From assembly GCA_000934665.2 (NCBI GenBank), contig KZ538720.1, forward strand, positions 1 through 51,726: DNA of 51,726 bases, in the 5' to 3' direction. Positions within the stretch are counted from its first letter, which is position 1. Each line of letters opens with the position of its first letter. Below the pieces are notes generated by a model. That model made no database searches. It had not been told where the DNA came from and saw only the letters and a list, made by a program, of their open reading frames with translations. This DNA is from Catajapyx aquilonaris (taxonomy: Eukaryota). Position numbers and translations under genes: made by a program. Shown here piece by piece: positions 28,501 to 40,451 of this stretch.

Positions 28501-31500
28501 TAACGACATTGTTGATAGTTGCTGACTGAGCAGTTGTCCGGTAGTAGTGTTCGTCACACCTCCAAAAAGTACTTCCTGGGAGCCCTGGAGAGGTTGGCAC
28601 ACCCATGACTCCTGTGCATTCGGCTCCAGGAGGGTTCTGTCGATAGTGTGTGCCTATTTGCCGACCTGCATGGTCCCTGTGTTTTCAGCAAAAAAAATAA
28701 ATTGAAAATCATTTTGGTACGGCCCTCATACATTATTTCATGATTTCTTATGCTTTTTGTTGCGTTTTCCTTTGCTCCTCTGGTTATCCGACTTTTTCTG
28801 TTATCCGACAATGACCCAGTCCTGTGGGTGACGGATAATCAGGGTTCTACTGTAATTCACACCAATATGTAGACCTGCAACTTACTACAAATGTCACTCA
28901 CATCGTTGAGTTGTGGGTTAAGGGGCCTCGGTATTCTGCATGCAAAATCATCCCCTTCATAATCATGACTCATCTCTACACTGGGAAAGCACTTCATGAG
29001 CCTCTGGTATATCATGGGTGCAGTAACAGTAATTTTGGAAAATTGTTCCACCATCACTTGCTCATCAGGTTGTTCTCCCATCATTTGCTCATTCTGAGTT
29101 GGAATATGCATCGAAGCTTGAGAACTAGGAGGGCCATGCCACTCCAATTTCGCTATCGACCCTTCATCAGCTGTCTTCATAAGAGCCATATCCCTCTGAA
29201 ACATTAGCACAATACAAGAGAAAATTATTTGTCAATATACAAGAAGGGACCCTTGGAATAGTTAATGCTTACACTCCTTAAGGTAAATTCACATATACAC
29301 GAAAAACCATCAAAAGCAAGCGAATTTCAGCCTTCATCGAATTTGCTTCGATAAAAGGCATTCATATATCGGCGAATCCCATCAAGACGCAAGAAAATTT
29401 TGGTTACTCTGGCGAATACACACAAAATCACACTCATCTGTCAGAGCCAGATAGAAGTGAATTTTGGATGCGATTTTTACGAAGAGAATTTTGGACCTGG
29501 TTGGAGTCACCCAGCGCCACCACGCGGACTTATCGGATTACCATGGCCATGTTGGGAATGTGGATGCCCGAGCTCGAAAGTTACATATTTTTTTGTTGCA
29601 AACTCCCGACCCGACCAGCCTCCGCACCATGTCCAGCTTTTTCCCCACTTGGTGCACTGTAACCTGGATGCCCTTCCGAGGTCAGTTCGTGAGCATTTTC
29701 ACTGCCATGCTGACTGCCTCCGCAGCACAGGTAAGGGCTCTGCCATCTTTCTCAGCCCAAAACCTCCCCCTGCCCACACCGACCCCGACGCCGTCCTACC
29801 TGCCCTGCTGCACAGCGCATGCTCCATAATGCAACCCGAACTTACGAGTAAGTTTTATCGCAACATGGATACATGAATGCCCCAAAAATCTTCCATAAAT
29901 TCACTCGCTTCGTGAAGTAAAAGACGCGCATAAGCAAAACATGAAATTCGCTCACAAGTGTTTATTCACGTACATGCAAATTGACGTGATTCATTTTCTA
30001 ACTTGGGGGGGGGGGGGGNNNNNNNNNNNNNNNNNNNNNNNNNNNNNNNNNNNNNNNNNNNNNNNNNNNNNNNNNNNNNNNNNNNNNNNNNNNNNNNNNN
30101 NNNNNNNNNNNNNNNNNNNNNNNNNNNNNNNNNNNNNNNNNNNNNNNNNNNNNNNNNNNNNNNNNNNNNNNNNNNNNNNNNNNNNNNNNNNNNNNNNNNN
30201 NNNNNNNNNNNNNNNNNNNNNNNNNNNNNNNNNNNNNNNNNNNNNNNNNNNNNNNNNNNNNNNNNNNNNNNNNNNNNNNNNNNNNNNNNNNNNNNNNNNN
30301 NNNNNNNCCCCCCCCCCCCACCCCCGGGAAGAGAAATCAGCAACTATTAAATTCCTCCAAGTGACTGGAATATTCACCTCCAAACGACCAGAACACCCCC
30401 AGGCCAGCGAGAAGAACCAACATACGGAAATCCACACTCGAACTCCAAGTGCTGTGCATCACAGAGAGAGAGGCAGACACGCTTGCAAGCATGACTACCG
30501 GTGTCAACCAATGCATTACTGTGCAAGGGATATTTGCCAACCTTGTAGTTCTGCACAGCACCCAGAGCCCGAGTATGAACTTCCAGACGCCGACTCCTCC
30601 CACCAACCTGGAAAGACTCTGGCCATTCGGAAGAATTCAATGGACACTGCCATTCCTCACAAACCCAGGAATATTCTACCCATGAATTAACCTATGCCAT
30701 TTACACCTATCCAAACCTGGTCCAACCATGTCTTCCTAGGCCTCCCCTCCCCCCTTACCAACTACTCCACCCAAATAAACCTTCTTCACAATCTCCTCCT
30801 CCTTCATCCTCTCCACATGGTTAAACCACTTTAGAGTAGACCTACACATCTTATCTTTAACAGTCTCCTTAACATTACACCTCTGCAAAATCTCCTCATT
30901 CCTAATCCTATCCAACTTAGTAACCCCACAAACAGCCCGGAGATAACGCATCTCTGTAGCCAACACCCTACTCTTATGCCTGTCTGACCAAACCCACGCT
31001 TCACTACCATACATAAGTGACGGTCCAGATAATCGCGGCGTTTTCGGTAGTACGCTGGCTCATGAAAGACGTAAGCGGGCAAAAATTTTGGAGAGCGCTG
31101 ATTGGATCGCAGCACCCGTGACGCAAGCCGTGACGTCATGGAAGTATGTCTAGTCGTCTCGTATCTACAGCAACTATGTGGCAGGGTTGCCACCTGGTGT
31201 CACACAGTACACAAAATCCCTAGCACCAGTCCGCAACCACGACAACACCATAAACCCGCGGTATAAGCAACTTGTGCTGCAGGATCGGCGGGTATATGGA
31301 TCGGGCGGTAAATGGGAGGGAGAACGGGCCGTTTAAAAAAAACCATAGGTGGCGCAACACTTCTCGCGGTATACCGGAGTGAAAACCCGCCGTTTTCCAT
31401 ATACCGTGACTGGTGCAACCGGCCCCGGCCTCAGTATAACTTAGAACCTCGGGTATAACAAGAATTGCCATAGCAATCATTGTTGGTCAACAACGATTGC

Positions 31501-34500
31501 TATGGCAATTCATGTTATACCCGAGATTCTAAGTTATACTGAGGCCGGTGCAACTGGCCCTTAGCCAACGATATGCTTATAAACAAGCAGCTTGCGCGAT
31601 TTTTCCAATAACTGTTGGTGCCATAGAGTTGGATCACCCTGTATTTGTCAAAATATATTTAAAAAATTTGAACTTGGAAAATGGGTCAACTAAATATTGT
31701 ACCCTTTGAATCCACTTCTACTGGACTGTTACACAGGATGTTCCTTTGCCCAGGTAGGCGCTTTGTAGAGAGGAAGTGAGGAAAAGCTGATAGCTTCGTC
31801 ACCCTTGCCAACGCAAACAAAGTTGGTGGCATGCAGAAAATGATAGCAGACCTAAACCTAGTGCTAAGAGTGGACTGTAATTTCAATGCACACCAAACAT
31901 GACTAACTCATCAACTCTGCCTCTTCGCTGCAGATTATCAAATTGGGCAAAAAAGCACTATGCATATCCTAAATATATTAAGAAAAAAAGTATAAATGGA
32001 TCTGGAAAAGTTCAGCTGACCTGATCTGACGATGACATGTCTTCAAGTACAAGTTCATCCACATTGAAGTACCACTTATAATCCACAGGAAATGGGCTTA
32101 CATTGCCCACTCTAATCACCCTTACAATCTCAGTGTGATTAAGGGTGGTCCTTACATGCAAGCAGCATTGAGACAGCTCAATGTTAGGAAAAAATATTTC
32201 GCCCTGCAGATTTATGACATCCTAAAAATTAAAAATATTTATCAAAATAAGATGGAAAACATTTCTGCCAAAAAACTTATTACTACAATGACATAATTAT
32301 ACTACCTCTTGTGGATGCTCCTTGTAGCTGATATGCAATAGGCTGTTAACAAACTGAGACACATTGCTACTTTCCTGCTGTGGGTTGAAAGCTACTTTGA
32401 TTGAAATCTGTTCATTCACCTCACAGTGCAGTGAATGACACATGTAGTAGTCATCATCATTCATCAAAAGCATAAATGGATAGTAGGTTAGTAGCTGAAT
32501 TGTCAGAGGTAGTTTGCAATGGTTAAGTAGGCGCAATTCTTCTGCAAAAAAAACAAAAACACACACACAGTGGAAGAGATGTCAAGTCTCATCCTTGAAC
32601 ATCCATCCTGTTCTTGTTTAACTTCTGTATGTTGCAAAATAATTCAACATCCCAGCATTCCCAAAATAGGCAGACCATAAGATACACACATTGAGCCAAT
32701 GAGTCACTCTATTCAAAAGTTGCCTCATGCCATGTGCAGAGAAACTCAATGGAAATAGAGTGCTAGCTTAAAGACAACAGCTAAAAAAGCAATAACATTG
32801 TTGTAATAAAAACATCATCATTACCATAATAATTAACAGTTTTGAGCATTAATTACTGACTGCATCGAGGAAGCTGCTTTCATTAATTATGGTTTATAAA
32901 GTTTAATGGTACACTAGTAGATGAACAGGTTGATGAAGAAACATGAACAAGGACGAGATATGTTGGAATGTATATGGAAAAACTTGAATATGGGGAACTA
33001 CGAGGGTGAATCAAGACGTATCTGACAACTTTTTTGAAGCTTCACTACAGAAACTCGAACTGACATACACGTAGGAAAGGGCATGTCTTTCTTGACTTTT
33101 TGACTGGTCTCCATAGTGATGCACTTATACCACAGGGACAGTAGTTTTTCCATGCCACTGCAGAAAAAAACATCAGGCTGGCTCTTGGTCAGGCTACAAA
33201 GCTAGTGGCAGATGGCCTGTTTCACATTGTCATTGAAGTGTTTAGCAGTCAGGTGCTCCTTCATTGGGCTGAAGAGTAGAAATCCAGAGATGGTAAGCAA
33301 GGGAGTATGATTTGGAAGGAGAACCTGGCCAATCAACACTTTACTGATGATGAGTAAGTGAAACAGGCCATTGGCCACTGTCTTTGCAGCCAGCCTGACA
33401 CTTTTTCTGCAGTGGCATGGAAAAACCAATGTCCCAGTGGGATAAGTGCATCAATGTGTATAGGGACTACATGATATGGTGACACTCCCAAAAGATAAGC
33501 AACATATGCAGTGAAATATTGACATATCTACAAAACATTACATTTTAAATATGTTGATGTTATTGTGACTATTTCTGTACGTGGAACAATATTGAGAATA
33601 ATAAAAACCCCAAATCTCAATAAAGTCCAATAAACATACCAACTTTTTCTGCAAGCGGCTGTCCAGCTCTCTTCTCAATGCGGAAGTACATTCTGTTCCT
33701 GGAGGTCAGAACCTCTGGCTCTATAAACTCTGCTGTTAGTATGCTCTCTGTGATCAGCTCTTTTCCACCACTCCACCCAATAATAGCATGGCAGAATATG
33801 CGCTCTTCCACACGATGCACACTGTAGAATATTATACATTAAAGTTGGATACACAATATGCCATAAACATTTCTTACATATCAGAGCCCACTCTGATGAC
33901 AATCTTTTCACTCTGGTGAGCTTCCAATTCCATCCTCTTTGGAGTTATTTCAAATATGTTCCTAAAATTTGAAAGGGGGTATTAAAATAATATCCCTGTG
34001 CACCACTACTAGTATTATACAGCGTGTCCATGAATTGACCAGTCAGACCTATACCCGCGGCTCAATTTACACCAGAGGATCATGTTATGTAGAGAAGTCA
34101 TTATGTCTGGGCAGCCTCACTACTGAAGTGAGATAATTGCCTTTATACAACAAGTACGTACAAAGTATCCCGGGGGGTATGGAAACCTTCAGCCCGAAAT
34201 CACATCACGGGTGAAAATAGCAGCTTTTCCATTTGGCTATTAGCATGTCGCATGTGTACTGCATGTCCCATGTGATCTGTGACAATCTGTGACAATCACC
34301 CTTAGGCCAATCGCTAAATCGCAAATGATCAATTATCTCAGTAATGAGGCTGCCCAGACATAATGACTCCTTTATATAACATAATCCTCTGGTATCAATT
34401 GAGCCACGGGTACAGGTCGGACTGGTCAATTCACGGACACCCTGTATGGGGTTTACCATTGAAATATCCACATGTAGGTTACCGTTTCTTCACCCTATGA

Positions 34501-37500
34501 GCTTTACATTAAGGAGGTATGTTGGAACTGTCACTCTCAGCAGTTATCCAGAAATTAGAAACTAACTAGGCAAAACTGAATAATCCATCCAAGCTCTGAA
34601 TTACAATAACCTTACGAATAATAACAACAACAAGTTAAATCATATGAGAGGCCTGCAACCTCTTAGGCAACCCTCTTTCATAATCATGTGTTTATTATTT
34701 TAATAACTGATCGTCTTAGTAATTTTAATATTGGGGGAACTGGGAAAACCACAAAAACTGCCCAAACACAAAGAGAACCCATCAAAAGTCTTTCCATGTG
34801 AGAAAAAAATCCCGTCTTATACAGGGTGTATCAGAGTCATGTGTCAAGCGCGCGCGAGGGGGTGGGGAAAAATCGTAGGTGGCGACTACCCCGGTCGGTT
34901 TTATAAAACAATTAGAAATACGGCAGTAATCAATTTATTACATGACATCACATCCTTTCTGGATTTGAATTGACCCCCGCGGAGTGGCAGAGTGCAGTGA
35001 TTTGCAGCTGCTTGATGGGTTTTTGGCCTTGTGGGTTGCACTGAAAAATGCGCTCTTATGCTACACCGGCAGGGTACTGAACAAAGTAGTGTACTACTGT
35101 GCAGTAGTGTGTTCAGTACCCTGCCGGTGTAGCATGAGAGCGCATTTTTCAGTGCAACCCACAAGGCCAAAAACCAGTCAAGCAGCTGCAAATCGCTGCA
35201 CTCTGCCACTCCGCGGGGGTCAATTCGAATCCAGAAAGGATGTGACGTCACGCCATATGGCCGTAATAAATATATTGATTACTGCCGTATTTCTCATTGT
35301 TTTATAAAACCGACCGGGGTAGTCGCCACCTACGATTTTTCCCCACCCCCTCGCTTGACCCGTGACTCTGATACACCCTGTATAGGGAACAAACTGGAGA
35401 CCTCTTTTTTTTTTATTACACCCTTGAGGCCTTCTGGCCTATGTAGGGGTGAGATTTTTCCACCATTTTCTGACTCTCCAGTGCTGGGATGGAGGGGGGG
35501 ACAGTGGTGCAAGTGCAATGTCTCATGGTGGAGGTCGTGTGCAGTCCCTCAGAGGGCTAGGTTGACAAGACGACCCTCTAGATGCGGGTCAGAGACTCCC
35601 CACAAACGCCGCACCTCCTCCAGTAGGGGACAGGGATAGGAAAGGCAGGAAGCGGCTGTGGCTTACGATTAGGAAACAACTCCGGTATTCACTTGGGGTG
35701 ACCGTGGGAAACCACAAAAAACCACGGTCAGAGTTGCCGGCCTGGGGATTTGATCCCTGGACCTCCCGATTTACAGCCGGATACCAAATCCCCTCGGCTA
35801 CTGCTGCTTCGGTTACTGGAGACCTCATAATAATGTGGAAAGTTGTAGTGATAATATATTTCAGATAGTATTTTTTAAAATCCCTCAAAGAAGCCTTTAC
35901 AGAGTAACCAGTTAATATGGCGTAATGAGCATGTCATGTTGAAGAAGTGCTAAGCACTATAGGGACATTTCAATTGGCACACACTGCATTGTGTAGCTGC
36001 ATGTAGACATAAGTGAAGACAAAAACAATAAACCATTTTTACCTTTCCATACAAAAGGGATAGTCAGCTAAGGTGTAAGTGGCATAAGTTCATTAAGGGT
36101 GAGATTTTATGGCTGGTGATATATATCCATGTTGATTTATAAGGTTATGCCCAAACTTAAGGAACATTTAGAGAGGTTGGAATACAGCAATTTGGTATAA
36201 GAATATGACGATGTCCTTAATTTTTAAAATTTTCACCCAGCTTACTGCCCTTATTTTGGAAGTGTAAAACATTTTCCTCACTGCAATTTTTTTTAGAGGG
36301 CATTTCTTTCGACCAAAAAAGGCCTGCAGCATACACTTAAGTCATCATCACTTTCACCTTAAAATGTGCAAAATTGTTTTCATAGAGGGGATCAATGTTA
36401 GCAGCAGTTTTATGCTTGTATTTAGGATGGAAATAAAAACCATTTGTAGATGTAAGATCCTACTTTCACCTACTGCTCAGACATTCACACAAAAACAATT
36501 ATTTCAGATTTCTCTCAGAATGTGAGAATGTCTAGACTCAACAGGTAATTTACTTACGGCTCTTCTTTAATATTTTCAACACAGTTATGACTCCCGCTCC
36601 CCTTCGTTTGACTTCCTGTGCTCCAAACAAGCCGGTGGAGGGCCTTCCCTCTGTTGCTAATTTCAAATTCTCTTTTAATGGGTCTGTGCCTGAAACACCA
36701 ATATTTAAAATATACAATACCGAACTGTAAGAGATGTCATTTTAAACACATTCCAGATCCCATTCCCAAATCTTTCTTTCTATGGATGCTAAATTACAGA
36801 AATTCAGCTATTTTGAAATGGTACTGATTTTGCATTAGTTTTCAGGTGACACTCACTGTCAGTAGGATAGTACTGCACATTTGGTAACCCAAACATTTGA
36901 TTCAAAACAAATGAGGCGTTGACATGGGAAAGGGCGTAAGTCACATATGATATTTTTACGGGGGCTAGGGGAAATAACCCAGTTTTGAGAATGCAGTAAA
37001 GGATATTTGGGTATATAGTCTGGTGACCCCGGGTAGCTTGCCCCTGGGGTAACTTGTTGTTTACTGCTATCCTTTTACATATGTTGCCATGGTGTTTGCC
37101 CGCGGGATAGCTTACCCGGGGTCACCAGACTAGGGGCCTTGATCACACAAACTATTTCTTATTGTTGGATTTGGTACCCACAGTCGTGAAAAGTCAAAGT
37201 CAAAGCATTTTATGAGTTTCATATTTAAATGTAGGCTACTTTTTTTCTTCTTTTTGGGGCACATTTTTCATTGCGACTTATGCCCCTTTCCATGTCAACG
37301 CCTCAAATGTGTGTGAAAGAGCAAGAGATCCTCATTCCAATGTTGTAAATACTGTTAATCTATCCCCAAGAATCCTGTGCCACCTTTATCTCAACATACA
37401 TTTTAAAACTTCACATAGGCTTTTTGATTGCTCATGACTTGTGGCCGGGTCTTGTGGAAAATATAACCAGAGAGATATAACTGAATGTTTATAAATCACT

Positions 37501-40383
37501 GCCATGAAAATATATATCTTAATAGAAATGGCCCAAGTTGCTGTAATTCACAAGAAAAAAATGACCAAGCTAGGGACTGAAAAGGTATGAACTCTTGCTA
37601 TTTATGACCAGTTTAGAAAGGATGTCTGCAGATTTTTTAAAAATCAAAGTAGCCTACACCAACTGCTCACTGGATTATTTTACAGTATTTGTAATATGAG
37701 TTGAGAACAACCTTAGTCTTAAAAGCCTGTTGTACAGTACATTAATTGACACTGTGCCACTGTGTAGTTAGACGGGTTAAGAAAGCCGTGCTTTAGTAAA
37801 TAGGCAAGATGTGTAAATGATTATGATGATACATTACATTATATTGCATTGCATTGCATCATGGGATTCACGGCTAAATTCCCGTGAAGGGGTAACCAGC
37901 AGTGATCAGGTTATACCTGGCCACCTGGTTAAGACCGACAAAACGACTCTGTAATGATGTTATGCTGATACTCTGTTCAATAAATATTAAATTAAACGTA
38001 AGTAACTCCCCCAGGGAATTTTCTTTTGTATTACTGGTCATATGTGTAATTAAAAGTGAACCATATTGAGGACAGTAACATAACCTATTTCCTCAAATTG
38101 TCCATACTACAACTCCTGCCACCACTACCAATTTGCAACCATGTCTCATGTTGCTGCTGTTGTAGGTACAGTGTTGGTCATAAATTGAGGCAACTGCCAG
38201 CGATATTTTCCGAAGCGGCAGAAGAAGGAATCTTGCTCGCCCGGCTTGTAAGTATGCTTATCTTCGATTCCTTCTTCTGCCGCTTCGGAAAATGTCACTG
38301 GCAGTTGCCTCGATTTATGACCAACACTGTACCACAGTTACCACTACTATGAGTAACATTAAGATAATTTCAAGAAAATGAATCATTCAACTCACGTGAA
38401 GACAGGCCCAAAATCAAGTCTGGGAGCAATAGGAGGATCAAAGGTGATGCTGGTGCCATAACCTCTTGAACTAAGGGTCACAATGGTTTCCCGACTGTCC
38501 TTAATTGCCACAGTAAGTGACCCTTTGAAGGAACCGCTATCTTCCATCATCACCAAAATTGCCAAATTCACAGTGCCTTCGGGGCCGACCATGCCCATAG
38601 CAGGTTCGATTTTCCACACATTGCACTCGCTCTCCTAGTGAAATGTACCAATATCTTCATCAGTCAGTGGTTTTCTACTAGCAGGAAGCCTATTCCTGCC
38701 AGGCTATATTCAACACTATACAGAGTGTGGAAATAGATTGTGCCATCACGTCCCTTTGGGGAATGATAGGTTCCAGGCAGTCATTTTAAGTGTAGGCACC
38801 ATGGGTGTCCACAGCATAGTTACTGAGATAATGTGCTTCAAACACAAGGTATAAAATATCCTGGCACCTATGCATCCCTCCCCGTGACTTTGCTTTTTCA
38901 ATTTAAAATTACGCCTCCTTAGGTAGACGGGGTAAACATGTAACCAAGGGGGTAGTCACACCTCAAAAAAGTGTACATTGGATCACTTGAATTGTAGCTC
39001 TCCCCAGCTCACCAGTGAGTATACAATGGCTCACTGAAGTGGGTTGCTCTTAATAAAGCAGACAGCCGAGAGAAGCCAAGGAGAGTCAGGTATGTCCAAA
39101 GAGAGCTGCAGAGAGCCAAGGAGAGCCGACTTATGTCACAGCCCATAGGGTAGGGACAAAGGTGTTATGCTGCCCATTTTGTAACAATAAGTACACCAAA
39201 ACTGAAAATCAGTCCTCACCACTAAGCTCGCTCAAGCTCGTCACATATCGCTACGTGCTTCTTGCACATTTATTGGAGCTTGACTGTGAGTGGGGATTCC
39301 CCCTGCAAAATGCGCCTTTGTTCCTCATCATATAGATAGTTTGCCCTTGGCGGCTCACCTAGGCTCTCTTTGGCTCACTGCAGCTCACAAGTGAGGGTGT
39401 ACTGTACATGGGCTCACCAGAGTGACTACCCCCTTGCATGAAACCTATTTTTATTCGTCACATCCGAAAATTTTTCTGAAGTGGCCAGTCATGGTATTCT
39501 TTCCCCTACTAATGCATATTAAACTGAATAATCAAGCATACACAATTTTATCATTACACATATTTGGTAATAAGTAATATATAATATGCATAATCTTGAG
39601 TAAAAGTACTTGCCAGCTTGGTGCTGAAGTAAGCTGCAATTGGAGACTGGTTGCGTAGCGTCACGTACTTTGTGTCCTCCTCCAGAATTCGGATTAGGCC
39701 CCACTTTAGGACTGTAGGTGTTACTTCCACAACTGGACCAACACTATTCACACAGATCTTTGTTGTCAATATGTTGGAAGTGCCTAGCACTTTGATACTG
39801 AAAAAAATGGACAATAGACAAGGAAGAATTCTAGCATCACAATAAATTACCAACAACTATTTTATGACTGGTGGCATGATTTGGTTAAATCTTGAACAAG
39901 GAATCAAATACAGTAGAACCCTGATTATCTCTCACTCACGGGATCGGGGCACGGTCAGATAACAGAAAAGGTCAATAATCCGAGGTGTAAAAAAACTGTT
40001 ATGAAACACCACAAAAAACATATAAAACATGAAATAACGCACAATATTATGGTTTTCTACGAAATAGTGAAGCATTTATCTTTTCCACATACACACTACT
40101 GTACTGTATTTACAATTTAACTAAGGCAAAATAAACAAATTCACAGAACATTACAGTATTTCATGAGAAAACAGATTTATTGCCAGAGCGGAAGGGTCGG
40201 ATAAACCAAGGAGTCAGATAATAATCGGGGTTCTACTGTACACTGTATGTCAATAACATGGATCAGCCCAATGATCAGCCAATAGTTCTGGATTTACCAC
40301 CAATCCTGTAAAGAACCTTAATGCATCAGAGTGAAGAATCAAGTCCGCCAAAAGGGTTAATCACCCATGGCGTAATTAAATTA

Positions 40384-40451
<68 letters not shown>

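Noticed and set aside
29941..30690. Long ORFs across the N run
   Set aside because: They span an assembly gap. Gaps in this window sit beside G/C homopolymers, which suggests sequencing dropout. The sequence at 30330-30690 may be a decayed LINE but I cannot support that.
31703..31760. Extra Hydin exon candidate RLPGQRNILCNSPVEVDSK
   Set aside because: Its donor phase is incompatible with the next exon and there is no homology support.
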